Below the pieces are notes generated by a model that was not told where the DNA came from, made no database searches, and worked only from the letters and a program-made list of their open reading frames with translations. Below are positions 49,279 to 60,200 of a stretch of 64,000 nucleotides of DNA, one piece after another. The position numbers and the translations under genes were made by a program. The stretch's first letter is position 1; each line of letters starts with the position of its first letter. This DNA is from an uncultured Thermoplasmata archaeon (GTDB lineage Archaea > Thermoplasmatota > Thermoplasmata > Lutacidiplasmatales > UBA184). The DNA lies in assembly GCA_963713145.1 (NCBI GenBank), contig CAVQKI010000002.1:119278-183277 (forward strand), given 5' to 3'.

Positions 49279-52033
49279 ATGTCTCTACGTGGATCGAGGA
49301 GGTCGATTGTGGCCCTCGGGCTGCTTCTTGCGTTGGTCATCGGCAGCCTTAGTGTTCCTCTTCTCTCCCAAACCACGGTCCTTCACGCGGGCCTCTCGCC
49401 CGTGACCGCGCCCGCGAAGGCGGGGTCCGGGGGAAGACTGGAGTACCTGCCGACGACGTCCGCTGGGGCGCAGCCCGCCGATCCTCCCTCAATCCGATCG
49501 AACGCGATCGCCTTCCGCTCGCCGGATCCCTTCGGTGTCGTGGGGACAGTGCCCACGGGGGGCGCCACCGGAGTCGCCTACGACCCCGGGCGAGGGGAAG
49601 TATTCGTCGCAAACGGCGGGTGCAACTACCCCCCGTTCGAGGGAGGCCTGAGCGTTATCAACGATACCTCGCAGAAAGTGGTGGCGACGGTACACACCGG
49701 GTGCAATGCAGAGCAGGTCGTTTACGATTCCAAGAAGGGAGAAGTGTTCACGACGAACTACTCGAAACTGGTCGGCGTGTCCGATTCCAACAACTCCGTC
49801 GTGGCGACGATCTCGGATCCAGACGGAGCGGTAGGACTGGCGTACGACTCGGGTAAAGGGGAGCTCTTCGTGACGGGGTTCGGGTCCAACGTGACCGTCG
49901 TCTCGGACTCGAGCGATTCGATCGTAGCCGAAATCCCGGCTGGCGCGACCTACAGCAATCTGAACGGTAGCACTCCCGCCTACGACGCAACTCTAGGGGA
50001 GGTGTTCGGTACCGGACTGGACCGCTGGGAGCGTCAGCGTGATCTCGGATTCGACGGACCGAGTCGTGACGACCATCCCCGTCCATGGTTACCCCAACAG
50101 CGCGGTCTGGGACCCCGCGAAGGCGGAGGTTTTCGTAGCCGACGGCTTCGCGGGCAACGTTAGCATCATCTCGACAGCCACGAACGCCGTTGTGGCGACC
50201 GTCCCGATCGGCCCCTTCCCGGTCACTCCGTTCGGGCTTGCCTACGACCCTACGCGCGGAGAGGTCTTCGTCGGAGACTCGTCGAACGGCTTCGGCGGGT
50301 TTAACAACGTCACGGCCATCTCCGACGAGAGCGACACCGTCGTCGGGAGTTGGGTGATCGGGGCGAACCCGATGTCGATTGCCTACGACTCGGGGACTAA
50401 CCAAGTTTACGTCGCCGACAGCTGGGCGGGAAACGTTTCGATCCTGGCCAACGGCTACAGCGCAACGTTTTCCGAGAGTGGCCTCGCCGCCGGCGTCTAC
50501 TGGACCATCGAGATGGACGGCCAGACCCTGAGCACGGCGAGCTCGTCCGTCACCTTCGTGACCGCGAATGGGACCCACGCGTTCGCCGTCGGACGGGGAA
50601 TCGGGTACAATGCGACCCCCAAAGCCGGCAACATCACCGTTAGCGGGAGCGGAGTCTCCACGGAGATCAGCTTTGTCCTCGCGGTTTACGTTATTATTTT
50701 TCAAGAATCGGGATTACCGGCCGGGACCAACTGGTCGGTCAATCTATCGGGATCGTTGCACACGTCGATCGGCGGGTCCATCACATTCGAGAGGTCAAAC
50801 GGTTCGTATCTCTTCGCCGCAAACACATCTCTCCTCAACTTCACGCTGGCGCCGCCTTCGGGTGGGGTGACTGTGACCAGCAACCCGCAGACGATCAATC
50901 TCACGGCAATCCGAAGTTACGCCGTGAACTTCACGGAAAGCGGCCTTGCCCCCGGTTCGGAATGGTCGGTCACGCTGGGCGGAACGCCTCGGGGGTCGCT
51001 TGGCTCCACGATCGGCTTTGCGGAACAGAACGGCACGTACGCGTTTTCGGTGGCCCCGATCGCTGGTTACGTTTGGACTCCCGCCGCGGGGAACGTCACT
51101 GTCCACGGCGGGCCCGACGCGGTCTCCCTCCTCCTCGCGGCGACGTACTCCGTCTCGTTCAATGAATCCGGACTGCCGGCCGGGACCCCCTGGACCGTAA
51201 CGTTGGGCGGACTCCACAATTCTTCGACCGGATCGTCGATGCCCTTTGTGGAGGTGAACGGCACCTACGCGTTCGCGGTGGCGCCGATAGGAGGCTATAT
51301 CGCGTCGTCGTGGTCCGGAAACCTAAGCGTCAACGGTTCGGCGGTCACCCAGAACCTAACGTTCCAGGTAGCCACCTACACGGTCACGTTCAATCAGAGC
51401 GGCCTACCGATCCACTCGAACTGGTCGGTGACGTTGAACGGACTGTCAAAGTACTCCCTCGGGCAGTCCATTTCCTTCGTTCTACCCAACGGATCGTACC
51501 AGTTCTCCCTCTTTTTTGCAGGACCCTACGAGCTCTACCCCGGATCATCCGACCTGCTTGTTTACGGGGCACCGGTCTCGATACCGGTCTTCGCGGAGCT
51601 CGTCAGCTTTGTCGTCTTCACCGAGTCCGGACTCCCTTCGCCGGGGGATGCCAACTGGTCCGTTAGCATCAACGGCCAAGTGTTGAATTATCCAGGACCA
51701 GAGCAGGTCATCCGGGAGCCGAACGGAACGTACTGGTTCACCGTTTCGGGAAGCGAGGGGTACACGGCGACCCCGTCGTCGGGGTTCCTGACCGTCGATG
51801 GCTTCGAATTGTTCCTCGCGGTCAATTTCACTGCTCCTCAGCCGTCGGCCGCTGCGCCGCCCGGAGAGGGCCTCCTGGGAATGCCTGGATACGGCGGCCT
51901 CTTCCTAATCGTGTGGAGCGTGTCGTTCTCAGTCCTCCTCGTGGTCCTTGTCGCCTGGCGAACGCGGACGCCACCGCCCCAGGGTTACCTGGCCGGCCCC
52001 CCTTCGGCACCACGGTATCCTCCTCGAGCCTGA
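49279..52033 (+). pseudogene. YVTN beta-propeller surface protein 3 fused to seven ~85-aa FxESGLPxGxxW repeats; one frame change
   Basis: ATG 49279 gives MSLRGSRRSIVALGLLLALVIGSLSV. YVTN repeats continue across ORFs 49201..50163 and 50039..52033 (junction LGEVFGTG / AGSVSVISDSTDRVV at ~50015-50030). From ~50456 there are seven repeats such as YVIIFQESGLPAGTNWSVNLSG...NGSYLF, then a TM helix and a Pro-rich tail. Confidence 0.75.
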
Positions 52034-52352
52034 GAAGGCGTTCCGGAAGCACCCGGAGGGCCACGCCGCACCCCATTGCCTCACGGGGGCTCTTGGCTCC
52101 CTATGTCCCCGGGCGGGCTCGATAAAGCGCCCCAGGCGGGTGACTACTGTGGGTGCAATGCAAGTCGAACCTGCTCCCATCAGTGCCGTCCCACTACTCC
52201 TGCCGCCTCATCCGGCTTGACGCCCAAGGAGAGGGTTGCTTGCGGCCGAATCATGCGTGCGATGCGCCCACGGGAACTGACCGGTCGCCTGACGAGCGAG
52301 CCACGCGGCTCTACCCCCGAGATTCTCCGCAGCTCCGATTGCCAAAGTAAGT

Positions 52353-52360
52353 TTTATCAT
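52353..52360 (+). promoter_or_regulatory. TATA-like box inside an AT-rich inverted repeat upstream of the Zn-ribbon-MNT gene
   Basis: ttttatca at 52353-52360, ~30 nt upstream of ATG 52387. It is flanked by the 8-bp inverted repeat aaagtaag (52344-52351) / cttacttt (52371-52378). Confidence 0.35.
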
Positions 52361-52386
52361 GCGCTCGTTTCTTACTTTCACCGGCG

Positions 52387-52814
52387 ATGAAAGCTAGAAC
52401 GGCGGCGCGCTGCTACCGGTGCGGGTACTGACTGGTACCCGAGGAAGGCGCGAGTCCGGATGTGTGCGAAGTGCAAGTCGCCGGTACTTCGACCTCCCGA
52501 AGCTCCAGATCCCGTCGTACGGTTCGGGCCTGGGCATTCAGGACATCATCGGATCGAAGCGAGTCAGGATCCTCAGACTCGCGGAAAGATACGGGGCAAG
52601 AAACGTCCGCGTCTTCGGTTCGGTCGCCCGGAAGGAGGCAACTGGGGCGAGCGACCTGGACCTCCTGGTCGACCCTGTCCGCGCAAGATTCGACCCCATC
52701 AGCCTCTCGCTCAGCCTCCAGAAGGTTCTTGGTCGGGACGTCGACGTCGTTTCGGAGAGATCGCTACACTGGTTCGTCCAGCCCCAGGTCGTGGCCGAGG
52801 CGGTTCCGTTGTGA
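52387..52814 (+). pseudogene. Zinc-ribbon fused to a minimal nucleotidyltransferase (MNT antitoxin-type), two frame changes
   Basis: Hand translation gives three segments. ATG 52387 gives MKARTAARCYRCGY, then a stop. The next frame gives DWYPRKARVRMCAKCKSP. The next frame gives YFDLPKLQIPS...RVRILRLAERYGARNVRVFGSVARKEATGASDLDLLVD (GS...DxD NTase motif; ORF 52419..52814). The junctions are at ~52430 and ~52480. Confidence 0.65.
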
Positions 52815-53156
52815 GCGGGGATCGAACGAAGGAACGACTTTCGCTGGCGACCGAGCACCTCCAGATTGCCATCGAATACTCTCGACGGGGTCGGTCGACC
52901 TTCTTTGACCCGGATACTTCCGGATACGCTGCGCCTCGTAGAGAGCGAACTCCGAAAGGCTTACGAGTCCCTCAACCGCCTCGGCGACCCGTTCTACCAC
53001 GCTAACCCGGGGATGCCGCGAGAGAGAATTGGGGAGGTCCGGCAGGCCCTGACCCTTGACTATTCGGACGTCGACTCCGAGGAGTTGTGGCGGCTCGTTA
53101 CAGAAGAGGCTCCACGGCTTTTGCGTCGGCTCGCTCGGATCCGAGCTCCGCCGTGA
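52811..53156 (+). pseudogene. HEPN (DUF86) toxin-type protein, frame-disrupted and lacking the Rx4-6H histidine
   Basis: GTG 52811 overlaps the MNT stop (GTGA). The N-terminus RTKERLSLATEHLQIAIEYSRRGRSTFFDPD is in one frame. LRLVESELRKAYESL...IGEVRQALTLDYSDVDSEELWRLV is in the next (ORF 52866..53156). The junction coincides with ccggatac repeated at 10-bp spacing (52908-52927). Where DUF86 has R-N-x-x-x-H-x-Y, this reads R-Q-A-L-T-L-D-Y. Confidence 0.65.
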
Positions 53157-53594
53157 GAAGGGGTTCAGCGCGCACCTTGCACGTTGGCTATCTGCTATGC
53201 CCGCGGGCGAACGGACTGCTGGGACGCGAGGTCGTCGCGAGGGGGTCTACCCGTAGTGCCTGCGAGACTCCTCAACCCGTCGTATGTTCAATGCCGCTGA
53301 ACGTTCGGCGCTTGGTTTGGAACAACCGGCCGCGCGTCAAGGATCTATCCCCGAAAAGACCGATCCGCGCGTTGCGGAGCCGTGGTGGGCTGCCTTGATT
53401 TTCCTTACGCAAGCTCACGCGAAAGCGGCGTAGTTGCAAAGACTTCGACCGGATCACTCTTTCGAGCGAGAGGACCGTGGAGGTCCGGCATCCCTCGACG
53501 TCCGCAAAAGGAGGTTGGGAAGGCCCTCTTCGGCCCATGGGAGAGGTTAACTCCGCGTGCGGCCCCCACTCGCCTCGAACAGGAGCTGAGCCCC

Positions 53595-54038
53595 GTGACA
53601 GGAAACGTTTCTCAGGCGTCAAATGTCGCCGTTGCTCCGCTCGGCCGAGACACCAGCATTAGGATCCGCGCAGTCGCGATCTTCGTCCTGCTGCTGGCCG
53701 AACTCCTCTTGGGAAACCAACTCGCGGTGGTTGGCACCCCGTACCCCGTCGGGTACCTGGCAACTCACATCGTTCTCTCGATCCTACTCATAGGGCTCGC
53801 CGCCCACGTCGTGGTCCGCTCCACCCGGCTGCCGAGCGGGCCGGCCAAGGCAGTCGCCTGGCTCACGTTCGTTTCCACGCTGGGCGCCACGATTGGGGGA
53901 ACGGTCTTTCTCGTCGCCGGGGGGAGCTCCATCGCCTTGTACGCGATGGAGGGCCTGGGCGCCCTCGCGGTCCTCGGCGCCGTCCTGCTCATCGTGTGGG
54001 GATCCGTAAGGATTCCGAGTCAGCCGACCACGACGTAG
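53595..54038 (+). CDS. Four-helix membrane protein
   Basis: From GTG 53595 inside ORF 53382..54038. Helices: AVAIFVLLLAELLLG, LATHIVLSILLIGLAAHVVV, AVAWLTFVSTLGATIGGTVFLV, LGALAVLGAVLLIVWG. Confidence 0.5.
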   Translation: MTGNVSQASNVAVAPLGRDTSIRIRAVAIFVLLLAELLLGNQLAVVGTPYPVGYLATHIVLSILLIGLAAHVVVRSTRLPSGPAKAVAWLTFVSTLGATIGGTVFLVAGGSSIALYAMEGLGALAVLGAVLLIVWGSVRIPSQPTTT

Positions 54039-54117
54039 GCGACATCGGTCGTCGCATCTCCAGCGTCGAGAAAGGCGTCGGTCGAGCCACCTTCGGGGGT
54101 CGACTCCTGAGAGCCGA

Positions 54118-54957
54118 CTACCTACTCACGAGTCGGAGGTCTAGCCTTCGCCGGAGCACCCGGGTCACGAGAAAGACGGGTCCCAGCGAGGAACTGACAC
54201 TTCGGGAATCGAAGCCGAGCTCGCGGAGGCGATCGCGATTCTCGACGAACGTCGCGGTGACCCGCCGCTCCGACTCTCCGAGCGCGGCCGCCAGAACCGA
54301 AGGGACGAAGACGTAAGGAGAGCTCATGACGAGTCGATTGAGGGCGTAGGCCATCAGGTCCGGTGGGCTGGAGCCTGCCCCAGCCGGGGAGGCCGCGGTG
54401 GAGGCATGGTCGACCGCCGCCTTGCTGTCTCCGTCGCCCTCCTCGGTGCGTACTGGCCGTGGGGCGTGTCCCTCGGCCTCGATGAGGCTCGAGAGTTCTC
54501 GCAGGGTAGCCTCATGGACGACCGGAAGTCGACGGGCCTGGCCGAAACGGTGGACGAACCGGAAGAACTCGGGGCTCGGAACCGCGAGGACATGGACCGC
54601 GCCCTCCTCCGCCACGGAGACCATGGCGGGGCCACCCTGGGTGCCCTGAAACCGCAGGCGGGCGTGCTTCACGAGCTCGTTGTAGAGCGCGTGCGAGGGG
54701 GGCTGGTCCTGGGCCGGAACGACCTCGGCGAGGTGGGCTCGCGCGTGTGCCGTGGTAGAGGCGAGGTCACGAATCCGAACGGGAGGGCTCTCCCCTGGTT
54801 GCACCCCAGCATTCGGAATGCCCGGCCGGATCCGGGGACCGGAGGGTGGGGGTAACCGGGAGTACACCCGAGGAGGTGAGACGGGTTCGGGCGTAGCGGT
54901 CACAGCTCCTCTTCTAGGAGCGAGTCGCGGTACGCAGCCGTTAGCCACGAAACCCAT
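54118..54957 (-). CDS. Hypothetical protein, no recognisable domain
   Basis: A 279-aa ORF. The Pro-rich N-terminal third is doubtful. The C-terminal two-thirds (from MVSVAEEGAVHVLAVPSPEFFRFVHRF) look protein-like. Confidence 0.35.
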   Translation of the reverse strand: MGFVANGCVPRLAPRRGAVTATPEPVSPPRVYSRLPPPSGPRIRPGIPNAGVQPGESPPVRIRDLASTTAHARAHLAEVVPAQDQPPSHALYNELVKHARLRFQGTQGGPAMVSVAEEGAVHVLAVPSPEFFRFVHRFGQARRLPVVHEATLRELSSLIEAEGHAPRPVRTEEGDGDSKAAVDHASTAASPAGAGSSPPDLMAYALNRLVMSSPYVFVPSVLAAALGESERRVTATFVENRDRLRELGFDSRSVSSSLGPVFLVTRVLRRRLDLRLVSR

Positions 54958-55241
54958 CCGACCCCCGACGCGGGTCGGATCTGGATCCTCGGCCCTCCCT
55001 GATTCCGTGCAACGGCGAGCGGTCGCATCGCCTCTTCGAGGGTCTCGGGGGGGTTCCGCGAGGGGGATGCCTTGCGTCGATCGGTCGACGCCCGCGGATG
55101 GATTCGATGTACCGGGCCGCCGGTCACGACCTTGCTGCCGCCGACCCCAGCTTAAACCATGGCTTTGACTCGAAACCCGTGGCCGGTTCGAGCGGTCGCA
55201 GGCACCCGAGGGGGGCGGCGACCGGCTGCGCTAGACGCGGG

Positions 55242-55637
55242 TCAGTCGGGTACGGGGCCGAAGAACTCGACCCAGTTTCCGTCAGGGTCCCGAGTGTACA
55301 CCAGGTTCTCGTGCTTCTCCCGGATCCGCGCAACGATCGGGAGCTTCCGTCGGCGTAGTTCTCGCTCCCAGGCTTCCACATCGGAAACACGGAATCCGAG
55401 GTGGTCGAACTCGGTGCCCTTACGATGCGGCTCGTAGAACCGATTCGATCGGGGGTAGAAGTTGAGCTCCACGAGCTGAGCGGCACCCGGGTACTCGAGA
55501 TGGACCCAGCGGCCGCCGTGTTCCATCGTCCCGCGCCTCTTGACGCGGAACCCGAGCTTCCGGTAGAAGCGAAGCGACCGGGCGAGGTTGCGGGCCCTCA
55601 GGCCGCTGTAGACGAATTCGACCTTGACCTTGGGCAT
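55242..55637 (-). CDS. VOC-family (glyoxalase-fold) protein
   Basis: From internal ATG 55637: MPKVKVEFVYSGLRARNLARSLRFYRKLGF ... FDHLGFRVSDVEAW ... YTRDPDGNWVEF. Confidence 0.7.
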   Translation of the reverse strand: MPKVKVEFVYSGLRARNLARSLRFYRKLGFRVKRRGTMEHGGRWVHLEYPGAAQLVELNFYPRSNRFYEPHRKGTEFDHLGFRVSDVEAWERELRRRKLPIVARIREKHENLVYTRDPDGNWVEFFGPVPD

Positions 55638-55786
55638 CGACAGACCGGAGCCGTGCGCCCAGATAAGCCGGGCGACCGCGGCGAGCGGCTCTTCCCAGGC
55701 GACCGCTACCTCCGGCCCGAACGACAGGCTGGGGGTACCCGGAAAGCTCATCCCGCAGTCACCGGTGACTCGACCCGGAGCTCCTG

Positions 55787-56293
55787 ATGGCGAGGACCAA
55801 CCCGCCCGAGAGCGGTCGAGTGATCCGGTTAGGGGTGAAGTCGAGGGTCCCCGGACAGCGGGGCCTTCCCAAGCCCGAGGTCCCCAGAATCCACGTCACC
55901 CCTGCTGGGGTGGTGGGGGACTACAACGTCTGGAGGCAGGAGGAGAAGGGCGGGGACCCGGACTACGCCCTCCTCGTCATCCCGAAGGAGACCCTGGACC
56001 AGCTGAATCGCGAGGGCTGGCCTGTCCGTCCGGGGGACCTGGGCGAGAACATCACGACCTCCGGGGTTCCGTATGCCGCGTTCCAGCCTCCGTGCCGTTT
56101 CCGGGCGGGATCCGTGGTGGCCGAGGTCTCCAAAGCCTGCACCCCGTGCGACAACCTGAGCCTTCTTCCTTACGTGGGCCGGGCTCGCGGACCCGAGTTC
56201 CTGAAGACGATGATGGGCCGCCGAGGCTGGTATGCGAGGGTCGTCCACCCCGGCGAGATCCAGTCAGGCGACCCCATCCGGCTCGAGGGATGA
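55787..56293 (+). CDS. MOSC-domain protein
   Basis: 168 aa. PGDLGENITTSGV ... AGSVVAEVSKACTPCDNL ... GWYARVVHPGEIQSGDPI. Confidence 0.75.
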   Translation: MARTNPPESGRVIRLGVKSRVPGQRGLPKPEVPRIHVTPAGVVGDYNVWRQEEKGGDPDYALLVIPKETLDQLNREGWPVRPGDLGENITTSGVPYAAFQPPCRFRAGSVVAEVSKACTPCDNLSLLPYVGRARGPEFLKTMMGRRGWYARVVHPGEIQSGDPIRLEG

Positions 56294-56444
56294 GCCAACG
56301 CGCCCCGGGAACCCCCCTTTCGCCGGAGCCGGAGGCATTAATAGACCAGCCTGCGGTTCCTCGACCGTGACGGCCGACTCCGCGTCTTGGAGACAGCGTT
56401 GGAAGGAATCCGGTGGAGCCCCGGAACCCGATACTCCGGGTGGT

Positions 56445-57122
56445 ATGGCCCTCGCCGCGGGCTTCGCGGCGGGCCTGGTCTATCTCGTCCTGCTCGTCGC
56501 CGACTACAACGCGATGACCGCGTTCGCCTGGTCGGTCACCTCACTGTCCCTGATCCTCTCCGTCGTGGGCGCGTTCGCCCTGTCGACCATGCTCGGATCG
56601 GACATCTCGAACTACCAGCGCCTCGAGCTCGACCTGGCCCGGACCGCGCTCGCATACGTCGGGTCCGGTTCCGCGCCCACGCCTGAGAGCCCCCTCGCAG
56701 GAGTTTGGAGGGCGTACGTCGGCGCCTCCGAGGAGTCCCGCCGGGTCGCTCGGGCGCACGCGTATGGCCTGGGGCTGTTCATCCGAGCGGGCATGATCTC
56801 CCTCGCGGCGGTGCTGCTGGCCGCCCTGGGGTTCCTTACTTCCACGCAGAACGTGCTTGGCCTGGCCATGCTCGTGGAGCTGTTCGCCTTCTTCTTCCTG
56901 ATCGTGGGCGCGGGTGCGCTGGTCGCGACCGTCGGCTTTTCCGCGCCGGTGCCGGGATACGAGATGTTCGCGGCCCGACGCTGGAAGCGCAATTCCGGTC
57001 GGGCCGAGGCGGTGCGAACGTCGTTCGCGGACATCCCGTGGCTCGCGGAGTTCGTCCGCGGGGCCGGGGAGAGCCACCTCGACCCGACGGGCCCCTCCGT
57101 TCTGCCGAGCTGGCGCGAGTAA
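56445..57122 (+). CDS. Polytopic membrane protein, unknown function
   Basis: From internal ATG 56445 of ORF 56232..57122, with four to five helices (LAAGFAAGLVYLVLLV, LILSVVGAFALSTML, MISLAAVLLAALGFL, LVELFAFFFLIVGAGALVA). Confidence 0.5.
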   Translation: MALAAGFAAGLVYLVLLVADYNAMTAFAWSVTSLSLILSVVGAFALSTMLGSDISNYQRLELDLARTALAYVGSGSAPTPESPLAGVWRAYVGASEESRRVARAHAYGLGLFIRAGMISLAAVLLAALGFLTSTQNVLGLAMLVELFAFFFLIVGAGALVATVGFSAPVPGYEMFAARRWKRNSGRAEAVRTSFADIPWLAEFVRGAGESHLDPTGPSVLPSWRE

Positions 57123-57253
57123 GCTGGCACCGACGGAACTCGCCCGGGGCTTCTCCCGCCCTAGGCGTCCTCAGTCCAGCGCGGAGACCCGGCGAGGAGA
57201 ATCGAGACAAACGACTAAGAGGGGGTCCTCGGGGTACCAAGTCCCGGGCCACC

Positions 57254-60200
57254 GTGACGCGGAACCTACTTTCGTTGGGCGCGATCGTCGTCGTAGCGAT
57301 TTTCCTCCTGACCACCACCGCTGTGCCGGCGGGTGCCCATCCTGTGGGCGCCCTTAGTTCGGGAGACCACAGTCCAGGCCTGCCGCTCTCTGCAGCCGCC
57401 GCGCCCACAGCGCCTAGAGCCCCGGCCACAGACGCGGTCCAGAAGAGCCAGGCAGCCGAGAGGGCCACGGAAGCCCAGAAGGTTCCCACGGGACTGTACC
57501 ATCCCCCCGATTTCTCCGCGGAAGGGGTGCGTCCCCGCGGACCCGTCGCCCCAACCTATACGGCGGCCCCGGCACCGATGGGCGTCGCGGACCTGGGGCT
57601 GAGGAACTCCGCCGGGACCCTGGTGCCCTACATCCTCAACTCTACCAGCGTGGAGGGGACGATCTCGCTGACCTCGGCCCAATCGGCGTACGTTGACGGG
57701 GACGGACCGGATACCTTCGGAATCCAGCTGAACGCCGTCGCGACGAACGTGACCCTGTTCGGCAACTCGAGCTACGAATTCTGGACCCAGGACTTCGTGA
57801 GCTACACGTCGAGCTCGGGTCAGCTCACCTTCGGCGATAACGTCTGGAACTTCTCGGACCTGGCGGGCCTGTTCCCCTCGAACGCGATCTACTCGCACGG
57901 CGCGAACGGCACTCTGGTCGCGCCGGAGGACTACTACGCGAGCGGCCCGGCCTTCACGGTTCGCTACCCGTTCACCGTCACATTCTTCCTCAACGCGACG
58001 ACCGTGGCGGACCGTCCGGCGATCTACTTCAACTACTCGTTGACCTCCCCGTCCGTTACGAGCCACGCCGGGTCGTTTGACTTCGTGGTGTTCAATTCGA
58101 CCGCTACGACGCCCCTCGACCCGGCCGCGGTGCCCATGTTCCAGGTGAACGGGGCGTCCTACGACCCTACCGGACTCCTGAACGACGTCGAGCTCGTCGT
58201 GGTGGGCAACGGAGGCGGGGACACGACCACGTTCTTCTTGATGAAGGCGACGCTGACCATCGAATTTTGGAACGAATCGGGTGGCGGTTACCAGCGGTTT
58301 CCCTCGGCCTACGATGCGGGCTCCGATACCGGAGAAACCAGCGATGGGATTGACGTCTCGTTCAACGCATCCATCCTCGGCAATCCGATCCCGATCGCGA
58401 ACCTCGACCTCGGACCGTCGTTCCTCTACGGCCTCTGGAACGCCTCCACGAATCCGGGCTCTCGGATCCTCAGCCTAACCCAATCCCCCGCGAACGCGTT
58501 CCTTTTCGTGAACTCGGGAGCCACGTTCAAGCCTCTGGACGCCCAATGGGTCCCGACCGCCCTGCTCGCGACCGCCGGAGCGATGTCCGTGTACTTCCCG
58601 AACAAGGGCACGTACTTCTTCGAGTGGCTTCTGAGCGATTACCGTTCTACCGGAAAGGCGTTCACCGTCCTGCAGGCTCCTAACAACCTCACCACCGCGG
58701 TGAGCACGACGCTCGTCTCGGCCACCGGCCAGGGGGTCTATACCCCGCTCCTCGCCTGGGGCAACGCCGAGCTTGGTGCGATCGTCTCGTCCGGGAACGG
58801 GACCAACGCGAGCCCGTACAACCTGGAGAACGCCGCTCCATCCCAGCTCGGAGCGGAGTTCACCCAATGGAACGATTTCGAGTTCCCGGTCTTTCCGGGG
58901 GTCCTCCTGATCGGGACGACCGACTGGGTCCGCGCCACTCCGGCCGGATTCGCGATCACCTACCCCGCCGTCGTGGCTCCGACGCTGGCCTCCCTAGGCC
59001 TCCCCTCTTCGAACCACCTCCAGCTGGAGTTCTGGGGAGTCTCGAACCTCAGTCTTTCGAATGCCCCTCTGATCACGGGCTGGATCTCCTCGAACTTCGG
59101 CGGGTACCCCGCGGCCGCCGCGACGTTCTGGGACTCCAGTAACAACCTCATCTCCGGCAACACCTTCCTGGACCAGGGGGCTTCGCTCGCTCTCTACGGA
59201 GGGACGAACAACACCGTATGGGGGAACTCGTTCCTGCCCACCCCCGTGGCGGCCTCGAACCAGACCGCGATCCAGGACTCCGGGAACAATACGACCGGGA
59301 TCCTTGAATCGGAGTCCGGCGACCTCGTCTTCAACAACTACTTCACCGTCCCCCAGACCGCCTACACCCCGACCATCGACCCGTTCTCCTGCCAGTACAT
59401 CTGCACCGCCGTTGCCTACTCGGACCGCTGGAACGTCAGCCTGGAGCCCGCCAACGACACCCAGACGGTCCTGGGCCGCGTGTTGACGGGGAGCATCATC
59501 CTCACGTCGTACCAGGGCGGCAACTACTGGTCGAACTACGGAACGACCTCGGACCCTTACGGGATCCTGCCGTACAACGATGCCGGCCGGATCTCGAACG
59601 GGGGCGACTACTACCCCCTCATCCCGTTCTCGCTCTACTCGGTCACGTTCAGCGAGACGGGCCTCGCGCTCGGGGCCGCGGACTGGGGCGTGTCGGCCGT
59701 CGGGCTGAACCAGTCCGCGGCGCCCGGCGCGACCATCACCGTGTTCGCCCCGAACGGCACGTACAACTTCTCGGTGGTCATTCCGGCCGGTTACACGGTC
59801 ACGGCTCCCGCCAACTTCACGGTCGAGGGGGCCAACGTTTCGGTCGACCTCACGTTCTTGCCACTGCTACCGCTCGAATTCATCGAGACGGGCCTCGCTG
59901 AGAGCTGGAGCTGGACAGTCAACCTGACGCCGCTAGCCCTTGGACAGTCGAACGTAACGGGAACCTCGACCAACGGAACGGAGACGTTCGCGCTCGTCGC
60001 GGGGTCGTATCTCTACAACATCACGTCCACGGGGTACAACGCAACCCCCGCCACGGGGACCGTTCTGGTGGCGAGCGGGATCCCTGCGATCGACGTTGCG
60101 TTCTCGCTGGTACCGATCCTCGAAGTCAACGAGACCGGCCTGCCGGCGGGCGTTGCATGGACCGCGGCCATTCACGATGGTTCGAGCTGGTCGAACAAGA

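Noticed and set aside
1-53156. Genome-wide programmed +1 frameshifting as an explanation for the predominance of +1-type frame changes.
   Set aside because: The upstream frames do not end at the shift sites; for example, ORF 41850..43202 runs 360 nt past the junction. No common slippery motif is shared between sites. One site coincides with a 10-bp duplication.
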